Assembly (NCBI GenBank): GCA_052426225.1
Contig: JBNJNM010000012.1
Span: 248,001 to 312,000, forward strand
DNA length: 64,000 bases
Reading direction: 5' to 3'
Source of the DNA: Zancudomyces culisetae HAW-14-8
Lineage: Eukaryota > Fungi > Kickxellomycota
The translations under genes and the position numbers were made by a program. This document shows, piece after piece, positions 35,001-46,412 of this stretch. The notes under the pieces were generated by a model. It worked only from the letters and a program-made list of their open reading frames with translations. It was not told the DNA's origin and did not search any database. Position 1 is the first letter of the stretch, and each line of letters starts with the position of its first letter.

Positions 35001-38000
35001 CCGATGTATCAGGACAATTCAATGAGATAAACAATAATAAGACGGCATTTGGGCGCAATCCAAGTCAAGCAAGGGTCAAGAAAAATAAGAAAAGAACGAG
35101 TCCAAAGGCAAAGTCACATTTCATCTACGAAAATGAGATGGTCGGATATTTTTCTGCAATTACAGGCATGAGCAGCAACGTGCTGGTCAAAGTTGCTGGA
35201 AGCAGGCAACTTAGAGGGAAAGCTGGGGCTCTGTTGGGGTTTTTACCTTTATCTTCGATTGAAAAGCTTACGTACCAACACCCAATCATTCTAACCAAGC
35301 TTGCACACAGAGTCAATGAAAGCCTTTCACCGCTCATAAATCATATCGACTATGCGTTGGAGTGGAAAAGAGTAAAAGGCGGAAAGCTAATATATAAAGC
35401 GGGTTCGGGAAGCGAAACAGTTCATGTGGTGTTGTCTGGGCGACTGCGGGCCATTTCGGATAGTTCCAAGGCTAATAAACCTTCGGGATCTGTAGCTTCA
35501 TTCGCTGAGTATGGGTTTGGCCAGTCGGTGGGTGAGGCAGATGTTCTTGCCGGATACAAAAGAAGTTTCAGTCTACATACCATTCGTGATTCCGAATTGA
35601 TATTTATTCCCAAGTCACTGTTTGTAGTTTTGATGAGCGCATATCCTAGTCTTACGTTTCATATTTCAAAACTGATAGCTGCTCGGATGTTAAACCAAAT
35701 CCAAAACCAAAGAAGCTTGGGGTATCAACACAATTCATCAACATTAAACAATTCCCGTCCAAGTCTGGCCGGAGTAAACCCCGTCATGCAGTTCAATCAT
35801 CCGCACTCCAGTGACTTTGGTTTCTGCAATACAAATTTAAAGACAGTTTGTATCCTTCCTGTTAGTGACAATGTACCAGTTAAGGAATTCTCAAACAAAC
35901 TTTACCAATCGCTGGTTAGTTGTATCGGCCCTGATTTTGCACTTGTTGACTGTTCAGCTGTTATAAAACACGTTGGAAGAAATGCGTTTAGTAGACTGGG
36001 GAGGTTAAAGATCCAATCGTGGCTGGCAGGGCTTGAAGAAAAAAACAGAATGCTTTTGTATGTGGCTGATGAGGGAATAAACTCGCCCTGGACTTTACAG
36101 TGCATTAGCCAAGCTGATTGTATTTTGATTGTAGGCATAGCAAATGAGCTGTCTGAAATAGGCCCATACGAACGATTGGTCCTGGCCTCTAGATCAACTG
36201 CTAGAAAAGAACTAGTTCTTCTTCATCCAAAAAGAAAGTGCCCCTCCGGAACCACACGCTCCTGGTTAGTAAAGAGACCCTGGATTCGTACACATCATCA
36301 CATTCAACTTTCTTCGTTATCACATGTCCCCCGAAATACGTTTGATTTTACTTTAAATGAGTCCGACTTTGTGTCAGATAAGAAATCTCCTCTCTTTACA
36401 CGTGCTTGGAGAGTTTTTGTCGACGCCATATTAAGCGTGCTGCTTGTATTCAAACCAGAGGGTAAGAAGATTGGAAAAGGCCAGAACTCACTACTGTCTC
36501 CCGGATATACAAGTCCGTCTGTTACATTAAATGCCTTCAAAGACTCCAATGGCAGGGCTAGATCAAGCTTGGAGCTCCCATTTCTGCTGCCTCGTGGTAT
36601 ATACTCCTCTACACTAAGCACAGTCACACACGATGCAATTAATACTATCACTGGGGGTTTTAAGAGCTACTACACAAAGCTATTACAGGCGAGAAATCCA
36701 ATAGCGCCGACAACGTATAAAAGCGAAAAGTCTGATTTTGATAGATTGGCTCGGAGACTGTGCAATCTATCTGTGGGTCTAGTGATGAGTGGTGGCGGGG
36801 CACGAGGGAACGCTTTGCTTGGTGTAATTAGGGCATTTGAAGAGGCTGGTATACCAATTGACATGGTTGGTGGAACAAGTATTGGTTCCTTTTACTCAGG
36901 TTTGTATGCATATGAGCCTGATACCGTCTATATATATACTAAAGCGAAACAGTTTTCATTTGTGATAAAATCTCTTTGGCGTCAGCTTTTAGATGTAACT
37001 TGGCCATTCCTATCATATACAACCGGAAATGAATTCAACAGAGCGCTGTGGAAAACTTTTAAAGAGACTGAAGTAGAAGACTTGTGGTTACCCTTTTATT
37101 GTGTGAGCACAAACGTAACACATTCGTGTTTGGAATTCCACACTAGTGGATATCTGTGGAAAAATTGTAGAGCAAGCATGTCACTATGTGGTTTTTTACC
37201 TCCAATGTGTGACGCGAATGGATCTATGTTGGTAGATGGTGGCTATCTGGACAATTTACCTATAGAATACATGAAGTATGGCCTGGGTGCTAGTACCATT
37301 TTTGCTGTTGATATCTCTGGTGAGGATGACACAAGCCCTGTTTACTATGGCGAGTCTGTTTCCGGCTTTAGTATATTACTAAACAATCTAAATCCATTTC
37401 GTAGACAATGGATACCCAGTATCTCCGACATCCAATCCCGGCTTGCTTATGTATCTAGTGTCCAGACTTTAAAGACTTCAAAGCAGCTCAAGGGTGTTGT
37501 TTACATGAGAATTCCTCCTGAAAACTTGGGTGTTTTGGAATTTGGCAAGTTTAGTGAAACTTACAAAAAAGGCTACGTTTATGCCAAAAAATGGGTTTCT
37601 GCCTGGAAGAAGAGCAACCATGGGAATCTTTTAGAGAATTGGACAAACCCAAAGACCAAAAGGTTTACTACCCCCTACACTAAGAGCGAAGACCAATGGC
37701 CTAGTGCACAGTCTCGGTCAAAGTGTAGGACCCTGCAAAGTGTGTACTTTGAAGGCTCTACACTTGCCCCGAATGACTATATTACATCTAATGATGAGGA
37801 CAGTGATTATTCTAGTGGTGTGGATTCATCTGATGTCTCTGAACCGCTTTTTATGGGTTCTAGTCATGTGGATGATGATCACATGGTTAGTGCCAAGCAT
37901 AGTGTTTATATAAACTCATCCAAAGAAAGGAAAAATCCATCCTACTCTCTCACATCTTCTAGAAATATTGGTGCTTTTGAGTCAAAATCCACTATCCATA

Positions 38001-38257
38001 CACATGAGATCGGGTACTCCGCCATACGAGAAAATGACTCTGATAACAACTCTCCCCTTGTATCAAGTAGTTCTACACAAAGTCCTGTATCTTATGTTGA
38101 ACGCTTATACTCTGCCAGCTCAGGCGTGTCACGCATACCAAACCAAGTCAGCAAAACGATGCATATTTCTCCGGTTCACAGTTTGAACCATTGCACCCCC
38201 GCCTCTTTTGCTGGTAATAAACGTTTCATACACTCCAAATCCTTATCTGACGCATGA
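32071..38257 (+). CDS. NTE1: Lysophospholipase NTE1 (neuropathy target esterase homolog); intron 34678-34813
   Basis: N-terminal TM helices, FLKSIQIFGYLE, cNMP-binding-like domains, SDFDRLARRL, patatin motifs GGGARG, GTSIG and DGG. AAA|GTAAGT...TAG|GGA joins the two long ORFs in frame. Exact start codon uncertain. Confidence 0.95.
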
Positions 38258-38618
38258 ACTTTCTCTGAAAAATATCATGTTTCTGCTTTTTTTTGCTAGA
38301 TTTTGACTTGCTTTTTTCATGAGTGAGTAGAGAAGCAAATAAAGAACCGTTTTAATTTTAAAGTTAAATGTGTTTGGTTATTATACCACTAGGTTATTTA
38401 AACCAATGGGCTTTTAACTTGTGTTTGTTTACTTTATTTGATACAACAGACAATATAATTTGTGACCATTACTGTTTATTACTGGGAGATGTCAAATTAT
38501 TTGCTAAATATGAACATGAGTTTGTCTATTATTGGATTGTTTTCTTGAGCCTTATTTTTTTATTCCAATAGAATTTTGCATTTAGTCCAAAATCAACATA
38601 CACAATTGACATTTTTCA

Positions 38619-40192
38619 ATGGATTGCGGGAAAAATAAGACTAAGCTTGGGAAACAATGTGAAGCCTCGTTGATAAATTTGATTAATGATATAATCAATA
38701 CACAAATGTCAAGTTATAAGGGGGTATATATAGCTTTGGGTCTACTACTGGCATTAATTATTCAAAACTTTAACTACATATCAGAAAAGATACATGAACG
38801 AGCCATGAGTGAAATTCAGACAGGTATTCAGGAAACAAACACAGGTAGCTACACTGGCAGCGAGCAAAAAGCTATTTTAGGGGAGGGAGGCGTGAAAGTC
38901 AGATTGTTGACTCAAAATATATTTATGCGACCACCATTGATCAACAACAACGGTGACGACTTTAAGCAAGAGAGGCTTGACTGGTTTATAAAAAATGTGC
39001 TTGACAAGTACGATGTGATTTGCCTGGAGGAAATGTTCAAGTTCGGCTCAGGAAGGAAAACACAGCTTATAAAAGCCGCAAAGGCACGTGGTCTAGTGTA
39101 CAATGCAACAACGCCGTCCAAGGGTTTTTTTGATTTTGGAATAGATTCCGGTTTGTTGATCTTGAGTAGATACCCAATTGAGCACAAAGAGAGTATCCAA
39201 TATCCTAGAGGAGTACATTCGGATGCTCTATCTCTCAAAGGTGCACTTTATGCCCGCATAAAGGTCGAAAAAGAGAATAACTTGTCTGTTTCTAACAGCT
39301 CTAGCGCGGATAGTGATTCGTCAACCTCAAAATATTTGAACATCTTTGTTACCCATACCCAGGCCTCGTACACCAATACCGCTCTTACCGAACCAAGTGT
39401 GAGGGTCAGGCTTTCTCAATTTCATATGCTCCGCAAGTTTATGGACAAAGTGCTAAAAACTACTTATAAAGTTGGAGAACCACTTATCATACTGGGAGAT
39501 CTAAATGTTAATTCACGTACACACATAATAACTGATGAAACGAGAAAATTCGAGGATAACGAGAAGGATGGTATTGACCACTCAACCGAGTACACTATGA
39601 TGATGAACATTTTACGTGGAGTTGGTATCGGGGATCCCAAGGTTTTATCACCAAAACACACCGATACATTTTCCAGTGAGGATAAATTGGTTTTCAAAGA
39701 TATAATCTATGAATCGTATAAATATCATCCAGTTACTTTTGGAAATATCATAATATCCGAAGATGGAGAAACAGCAAAACCTATGGAAAAGGCAATAACA
39801 TCTAAAGACAGTAACATGGTTATGGATTCCATCGATTATATTTTGTGGTATGAAGGAAAAGCAAACCCCGATACATCATCTGAAATCGCAGTAAAAAGTA
39901 AATACTCCTCTGTCCGTGTAGAGGAATTTTTTGCTGAAAATGAAAAGTTTACGCAATTATCGGGTAAGTAATTTATACATCATAATTTTTATATGGAGAC
40001 ATCTCCTTTTATCACATCAATTTATATGAATATATATGTATATGTATATGTATGTATATGTATATGTATATGTATGTATATGTATATGTGTTTGGGGTAT
40101 AGTCACAGTACAAACATCTTGGTATACTATAACTGTTTGTTTTTATTTTTATAGATCATTATGGCGTATCAGCTGTCCTGGAACTTGTGTAA
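38619..40192 (+). CDS. Endonuclease/exonuclease/phosphatase (DNase I fold) enzyme, neutral sphingomyelinase/phospholipase C-like; intron 39964-40154
   Basis: LLTQNIF, YDVICLEEMF, DSGLLILSRYPI, KGALYARI, THTQA, ILGDLNVN, SIDYI; the spliced last exon supplies the catalytic SDHYGV. Signal-anchor near the N-terminus; the true start may be ATG 38706. Substrate is inferred. Confidence 0.8.
40030..40090 (+). repeat. (TATATG/TATG)n microsatellite in the sphingomyelinase-like gene intron
   Basis: Directly visible tandem array. Confidence 0.9.
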
Positions 40193-40437
40193 TACCCATT
40201 TAAGTCGGTTTTTTTTATCTCCTCTGCATAATTACTTTGTTATTTTTAACTCCCCTCTTTTAATCCATAACTATTTTATACTTTTTATTGTGGTTGAAGC
40301 ACCCATTGTTTGGATAGCAGATTCACATGTCAGTCTTTTTTAGCATACACACTTATCCATATATATATATTACTACTTCACAAGAAACTAAACAATAAAT
40401 ACAAATTGATATGTTGTTTAAAACAATGGGAAAAAAA

Positions 40438-42359
40438 TCATTCCATCCGCCAATCACTACAAGTAGCTTCGTATGTATAAACAGGCGTATTTGCGCTGTT
40501 AAAGGCCGAGCTGTAAAGATTGTATCTGACTTTAGGAATATTTGGATCGGATTGTGTGTCAACTTCTAGTATGGCAAACTTGGTTTGTCCAGGTTGCAGA
40601 TAGTATATGGTAGAGTCGCCATCGACATTATTCGTGTACATGCTGATCTTTGGCAAAGTGAACTGGTTTATTGGTGAGGTGGAAAACTCTATGTTTCCGG
40701 ATGATAGCCTTATCACTGCAACCTCATGTCTGTCGCCTGATAGGAAAAATGTGTTGGGTACGTATTTAGTAGTGTTAAGTATCTCTTCCCTTTCGTGCTT
40801 GTAACCGCGCCAGGTATCTTGATTCGCATCCTCGTTTGTCCATAAATACCCAAGGGGCACCGATGAAACCACAAACTTGACAGCAGCTGTATGATTTACG
40901 TCCCGAATCCACTGCATAAAGTTTAATTTTTGTTCCTGGCCCAACATGGTTTTATGTGGGCCATCTTTAACACTCGGCGAGTCTCGATAAGCCCTTGTAT
41001 CAAGAACATAAAATGCAATGTCTCCATATGTAAAGTTGTAAAAAAAGCTCTTTTCAACGGAGGGTGTAGGGTTGCCGATGCCATTGTATTCGTGGTATGC
41101 CTTCATGGCTCCAGAGTAAGGAAAGGCATACTTTCCTGACCAATTATTTATTATTTCGTGGTCGTCATATATGTGAAGCATTGGTGTTTTTTCTCCTAAT
41201 CTCTGTGCATCGACTGTGTTATACACCTCTCTGTACAATTTTCTATAATCTTTTACCCCAGATCCAAAATATATCGGCATATCGGCATAAATAAAATCAC
41301 CCATAAAAACCATCATGTCCAGAGTATGGTTTGCCATTTTCTCAAAACCTTGAATATGCCCTTGACGATTAGGAATGTAAGGAAAATTCGGTTTAATGCA
41401 TGAACCACTTCCAAAGCGTAACTTTGAGGGTTTACCGGGTTCTGGAGCCGTCCTTGTCCTGAGTTCTACCATCACATTTCGTGGCTCTCTGATGGTTTGA
41501 ATTACATACTCTGTCAAGGGTAAAAGATTTTCGATGGTATAGACGCCTGTATAATCTGTATCTGCACCTGGAAGTTCAGAGATTGCAACATTGGTCCACT
41601 CCAAGCTATTATCAGCCGTCTTACCACTGTTTCTCTCAGATACCGCATATTTAATGATCAATTGGTTGTTGATATTACTACCGTCGATATTACTGCTTCT
41701 TTCTTTTCCATGATCATGTGGATACCTATAAACTATCTTTATCGACGTTGAATTGACATAGCCAAGTCTGAAATAAGTCAAATTTTCATTTGTAACAAAT
41801 ACCGGCCTTAGGGTAAAGTCTGCGACAAAGTAGTATATTATCAAGCTACTAATAAAGCAGAGCTTGTAAAATAGGTTTTTCCCTGGTATTCTTTTGAAAA
41901 CTATTCGTTTATCACTACTCTCTATTATTGTAAAATCACTTCTGCTGTGAAGAACAGATTTGTGATCGCACTGGTTTGGTACCTGCGGTTGTGTATCTTC
42001 GATTTTTGTTTCTGTTGTTGAGACTTCTGGAACTTTCTCTGATATTGTCTCTAAATCTTCTCTTTCAATTGTAATAGCCTTTGAAACATAAATATTGTTG
42101 AATAAGAATGCCGATAAAAAAAAAAAGAGTATTGTATCAACATAGAAGAGCAGTCGATGTGATATTCTATTTGTGTTATGATAATATCGCCTTCATCTTT
42201 AATCTCTATTAACTAACCCTGGGAAATATTTTCATCATAAAGAAACCTAACAAACCAAATAGTTGAATCAAAGCACTACAAAAAATTATCTTACATTTGT
42301 AGGTACAAGTATGCAAATACCAAATGGCAGCTATTGCAGACGATGACGGCCAAAGACAT
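40438..42359 (-). CDS. Alkaline phosphatase D (PhoD) family, N-terminally membrane-anchored; intron 42167-42294
   Basis: GSCIKPNFPY, FMGDFIYAD, IYDDHEIINNW, LDTRAYR, TMLGQEQ, DTWRGY..ER, LSGDRHE, EFSTSPINQF. Upstream exon MSLAVIVCNSCHLVFAYLYLQ splices in phase 2 to the open frame. Confidence 0.9.
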
Positions 42360-42840
42360 TGTTTAATACTTTGAACAGGTATTCTGAAGTACAATAGTAT
42401 TCACTGTTAGAAAGTATAAATTTGGAATTGAGATTTCCAAGTAGAAATACCATAAAGATTCATTAGCTATTTATAGCTTGGCTGAGTTGGTGGGAGTTAT
42501 TAATAAGCGTAAAAACAGGAAAATTCAATTTGCGTGTGTCATCCTAGCGCATTTTTTCATCAAAAATGAACTTTCTATTCCCGCATTTGATTATATTGCA
42601 CTCCGCAAAATTAAAAAATATATATATATATACATATAAAGTTGTGTCCAGGATTGATTCAGGAGCATACAATTTTTTTTAGCCATATCTTATAAGCATG
42701 AGCATGAAAATCATCTTTTTTTTGCGACCTAAAATAGACTTATTTTTCCTATCCCCAACATTAATCACAAACAAACATATCTCTGGTCACAACACAGAAT
42801 ATAATAAAAGCTGGAACGATGTTCCAGACCTTTACACGTT

Positions 42841-42885
42841 TCTTTCTCTTTTCTTTTCTTTTCTTTTCTTTTCTTTTCTTTTCTT
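42841..42885 (+). repeat. (TTTTC)n pyrimidine tract
   Basis: tctttctcttttcttttcttttcttttcttttcttttcttttcttt. Confidence 0.85.
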
Positions 42886-43182
42886 TATACAGTAGCATAA
42901 CAGCAAAGGAAGGAAGACTCTTTTAATAGACAAGAACACATGTTTCAGACAGTGGTGATTAACTCAATTTAAAAAGATGTGGTTTATTATCAGAATAATC
43001 ATAATTTGGACACTTAACTTAGATCACATTTTTATATATCAAAAGCTTATAAATGGGACATGCACAAAAATATTGACTAACCACGAATATTAAATTTGTA
43101 CTAACTCTGCTAAAAATAAAAGATGTATCGCATATGAAACTTTGCAAATTGCGCAGAACCCCATATCCTAGACCCCGACCTC

Positions 43183-44022
43183 CTATAATTTGGCAAACAC
43201 TGGCTTTTTCTTTGTTAAGAAGCCTGTAACTGCAATTTTAATGTCCTCCGTATCTGTGGTCATTGCATTCCAACTTGCGTTATGTTCAAGACCCTCATCC
43301 ACGCTGTTGTCTCTGGAAAACAAAAGGTTATGCTTTGTTCCGACCACAGCAACAGGAGATTTACCACTTATCTCTGTGGCAACTTTGATAGCATATTCTA
43401 CCCCAGATTTTGCATCCTTAAAAATTCGGCTAATCAACCCAAATTGAAGTGCTTCTGAAGCTGGCGCTCTTCGAGCTGTGTATGCAAGCTCTCTTACCCA
43501 ACTATCATTTCCAACCACTTTGGGTAGTCTCTGCAACGTTCCAATATCAGCAGCGAGCCCTATATCCACTTCTTTTACGGAAAAAAAGGCATCCTCTGTA
43601 GAGTATCTAATATCACACGCAGTTATCAGGTCAACTCCTGCACCAATACATGCACTATGCACAAACGCTATTACTGGCTTTCCACACTTTTCTACAGCGC
43701 TAAAAGTGCTTTGTAGCCACAAGATGTATTCTCGTTTTCTGATCGCGTTTCTCGCTACATCAGAATTAGCGCTTTCGTTTCCTTTAAAAAAGCCGCTGTC
43801 ATTTAAGTCCAAACCTGCGCAAAACACTCTGCCTTCTCCTGTCAAAACTACAGCTCGAACATCACTGTCATCCCTAATTGCTTCGAAACACTCCTTGACT
43901 TCTCTCCACACTGACATGCTCACTGCGTTAAGCTTGTCTGGTCTGTTTATAGATACATGGGCAACGCCTGGTGCAGGATTTCTGACTAGTAAAGTTTCAA
44001 ACTTCTTATTGAACACGGTCAT
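43183..44022 (-). CDS. ECH1: Delta(3,5)-Delta(2,4)-dienoyl-CoA isomerase (crotonase superfamily), peroxisomal
   Basis: NRPDKLNA, FCAGLDL, CIGAGVDLITACDIRY, KEVDIGLAADIGTLQRLPKVVG; C-terminal PTS1 -AKL. Confidence 0.92.
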   Translation of the reverse strand: MTVFNKKFETLLVRNPAPGVAHVSINRPDKLNAVSMSVWREVKECFEAIRDDSDVRAVVLTGEGRVFCAGLDLNDSGFFKGNESANSDVARNAIRKREYILWLQSTFSAVEKCGKPVIAFVHSACIGAGVDLITACDIRYSTEDAFFSVKEVDIGLAADIGTLQRLPKVVGNDSWVRELAYTARRAPASEALQFGLISRIFKDAKSGVEYAIKVATEISGKSPVAVVGTKHNLLFSRDNSVDEGLEHNASWNAMTTDTEDIKIAVTGFLTKKKPVFAKL

Positions 44023-44495
44023 GGTGTAAAAATCTGTGTTTGTTTTTTCTTCTTTCTTTCTCGTGTGTTGATTTTATATTATTTTATTTTTCGGAATGCA
44101 GTACGTGGACCTTAAACGTACAAGTGATTATGTAGCTAGCAAGTAGTACCAAGTGCAGAAAACTTTGAGAAAAGGCTAGTATATAGGTATGTCGGATTTT
44201 ATTAAAAGTCGAAGAGCAATGTAGCTATTTATATATTTAAATCGTTTTTACCCAACTAATTAAAACTTTTGAAAGAAGAAGCATAAACTAATTTTGGTGT
44301 TCGTAACTAGCAGGAAACAGAATTACACTATGCTAAACTGCATTTCATAGTTCCATAAATTACAACCAGATTCTAAAGGCAAGTGAAACATCTGTGCGCG
44401 TGAAAAAGCTGTCACAAAATGATTGTGGTAGTCAAACGAACTAAAGGTACAATGTGAAAATTATTCCTTTTTTTTTAATAGTGGTAATAAAAAGA

Positions 44496-44555
44496 ATGAT
44501 GATAATGGGTCACCTGAAAATAGTACACAAAAATCGTTTCAAATCCTTGTGCTGA
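44496..44555 (+). ncRNA. Candidate box C/D snoRNA (possible U6 Am70 guide)
   Basis: C box ATGATGA (44496), internal CTGA (44514), D box CTGA (44552) preceded by ATCCTTGTG, which is complementary to the U6 ISL sequence CACAAGGAU. No clear C' box or terminal stem. Confidence 0.3.
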
Positions 44556-44642
44556 ACATCCAAAAAAAAAAACCATCATTTATTAACTAAAAACAATCTC
44601 TAAAAACTACCTTTATAATATAATTATCTTGTGCCAGTAAGA

Positions 44643-46412
44643 CTAAACAAAGCTCCAATCGTCACAATCATTACATTCCATCCTCCTAACAGGCACTGGG
44701 GCTTTGGATTTAGTTCTTTTTTCCCATGGCTCAAGCAGCAGGTAAATAACCTCTTCAATCAGGTGCCTCAATATGTCTGGCCTCCAGTTAAGTTTTCCTA
44801 CAGCATCAAACTCTATTATTTTTCCAATATGACATTTGGACTCCATCGCATACCCACCCAGGTTACATACGCTCAAGGGGCCTACACAGGTTCCAGTAAA
44901 TATTGGGTCGGCATTATGACCTACATGCCAGACCGGAATATCTCTATCAACAGGAAGCCCAAGCCTTGACGCAGCTAGCATATCTCCAGGTGACTCAAAG
45001 CCAACAGCAGGCAACCCAAATGTGACGCCTAGTAATGATGCGACTGTACCGCCTAGTGAATGCCCTGTCAGTATTATTTGACTCTGTCTGTAACGGTTCG
45101 CTGTCTCTAGTACTATTTTTGCACCTGCATAGTAATACAAATCCTCATTATATTTGAGGGAATCCTTCAGGCATTTTCCATCACATATTTTGGCCCTGAT
45201 GTGGCAATCGCACACAGGTTTGGAGATTCTGACAGATGTTGCACAGCAGCATGAATATAACCTGTTGTCATTAAACTTATCTTTAAGGCTAGGGTTGGCC
45301 ATTTTCGGCGAAAATACAGTTGGTTTGGTTCCTTTAAAACTAATTATCACAGTAGAATTATCTCTGTTTGAGAAAACATGACCCCTTATTCCATCACCTT
45401 CCCACCCAAATTGACCTCGGTGGGTTGTATCGTTTCCTAAGTGTTCCCAATTTGGATTAGATGGTAGTTTATATGCATTAGCTGCCATTTTTGCAAAGTT
45501 TATAAGCGTTTTCATGTCTGAAACATCTGGTACGGTTATGCTACGGTTATTAGTTAAGAAGCTATCTGAAGAACTAATATAATCACCCTCGTTGAAATAT
45601 CCAGTTGCGTAATTTAATAACCGCATAGCCATTCCTTTCAATATAACCTTCATGCTTCTGTGATCGGTACCCGGTGTGTTTGGATTATTTTTTACCAGAT
45701 AACTCATTTTATTTCCATAATTCGTGTTTAGAAACTCCTCTTGCATCTCTTTTAGTCTCACCCCTGTCAATGAGTTACCGATATCCTTCCATAACTCTTT
45801 ATTTTTATGAGTATCTATCCCAAGTGTACCGTTTTCAAAACCACCTTTGTCATCCTTAGCAAGGTTGTAATAATATTTAATTGATTTCTTTTTTATGGCA
45901 AGTGGGACAAACGTTAGCGCTTCACCATTATTAAACTCAAACTCGTGAGCACTATCAGAGTTTACAGGGCTGTCTGGGGTGCTATAGTTTAAAACGGTTC
46001 TTCTGATTGCCAATAACCCATCCCCCATGGCCCTCCAAGTATCTGGATTTGTAGATAATGACAGATATTTATCTTTACTTTTTTCCAAAGGCCACACCTC
46101 TTTTGTGGATATATACTCCAGTAATTGTGATTTGTTGGGAATTTTTTGATCGTACACTTCTCTCAGTACAAACTCGTCTTGGCGAATGTTGTTTGATATA
46201 GAATACTGTCTGCTATATTCACCTTTGATGAACTCTGAAAGTACCTGAACAAAATATTCGTTAAGCTCCGGTAATACTAATAACCCCACTAAAAGCAGCA
46301 ATAAAAACAGTGGTGTGGCCATAAAAAAATACTTTAGCCGCATTTTTGGTCGAAGAGCACCACCTTCTTCTGTAACAGGCGGTATTATCGTCTTTTCATC
46401 GATTTTATTCAT
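44643..46412 (-). CDS. ATG15: Autophagy lipase Atg15
   Basis: N-terminal TM, AKMAANAY, FGWEGDGIRGHVF, SFKGT, DKFNDNRLYSCCCA, TGHSLGG lipase motif, FESPG, GHNADPIFTGTC, MESKCHIG, C-terminal CxDCxxW. First ATG at 46412. Confidence 0.94.
   Translation of the reverse strand: MNKIDEKTIIPPVTEEGGALRPKMRLKYFFMATPLFLLLLLVGLLVLPELNEYFVQVLSEFIKGEYSRQYSISNNIRQDEFVLREVYDQKIPNKSQLLEYISTKEVWPLEKSKDKYLSLSTNPDTWRAMGDGLLAIRRTVLNYSTPDSPVNSDSAHEFEFNNGEALTFVPLAIKKKSIKYYYNLAKDDKGGFENGTLGIDTHKNKELWKDIGNSLTGVRLKEMQEEFLNTNYGNKMSYLVKNNPNTPGTDHRSMKVILKGMAMRLLNYATGYFNEGDYISSSDSFLTNNRSITVPDVSDMKTLINFAKMAANAYKLPSNPNWEHLGNDTTHRGQFGWEGDGIRGHVFSNRDNSTVIISFKGTKPTVFSPKMANPSLKDKFNDNRLYSCCCATSVRISKPVCDCHIRAKICDGKCLKDSLKYNEDLYYYAGAKIVLETANRYRQSQIILTGHSLGGTVASLLGVTFGLPAVGFESPGDMLAASRLGLPVDRDIPVWHVGHNADPIFTGTCVGPLSVCNLGGYAMESKCHIGKIIEFDAVGKLNWRPDILRHLIEEVIYLLLEPWEKRTKSKAPVPVRRMECNDCDDWSFV

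Noticed and set aside
42177-42240. ATGATGA C-box with a TTATGAT/ATCATAA stem in the PhoD intron
   Set aside because: No downstream CTGA D box.
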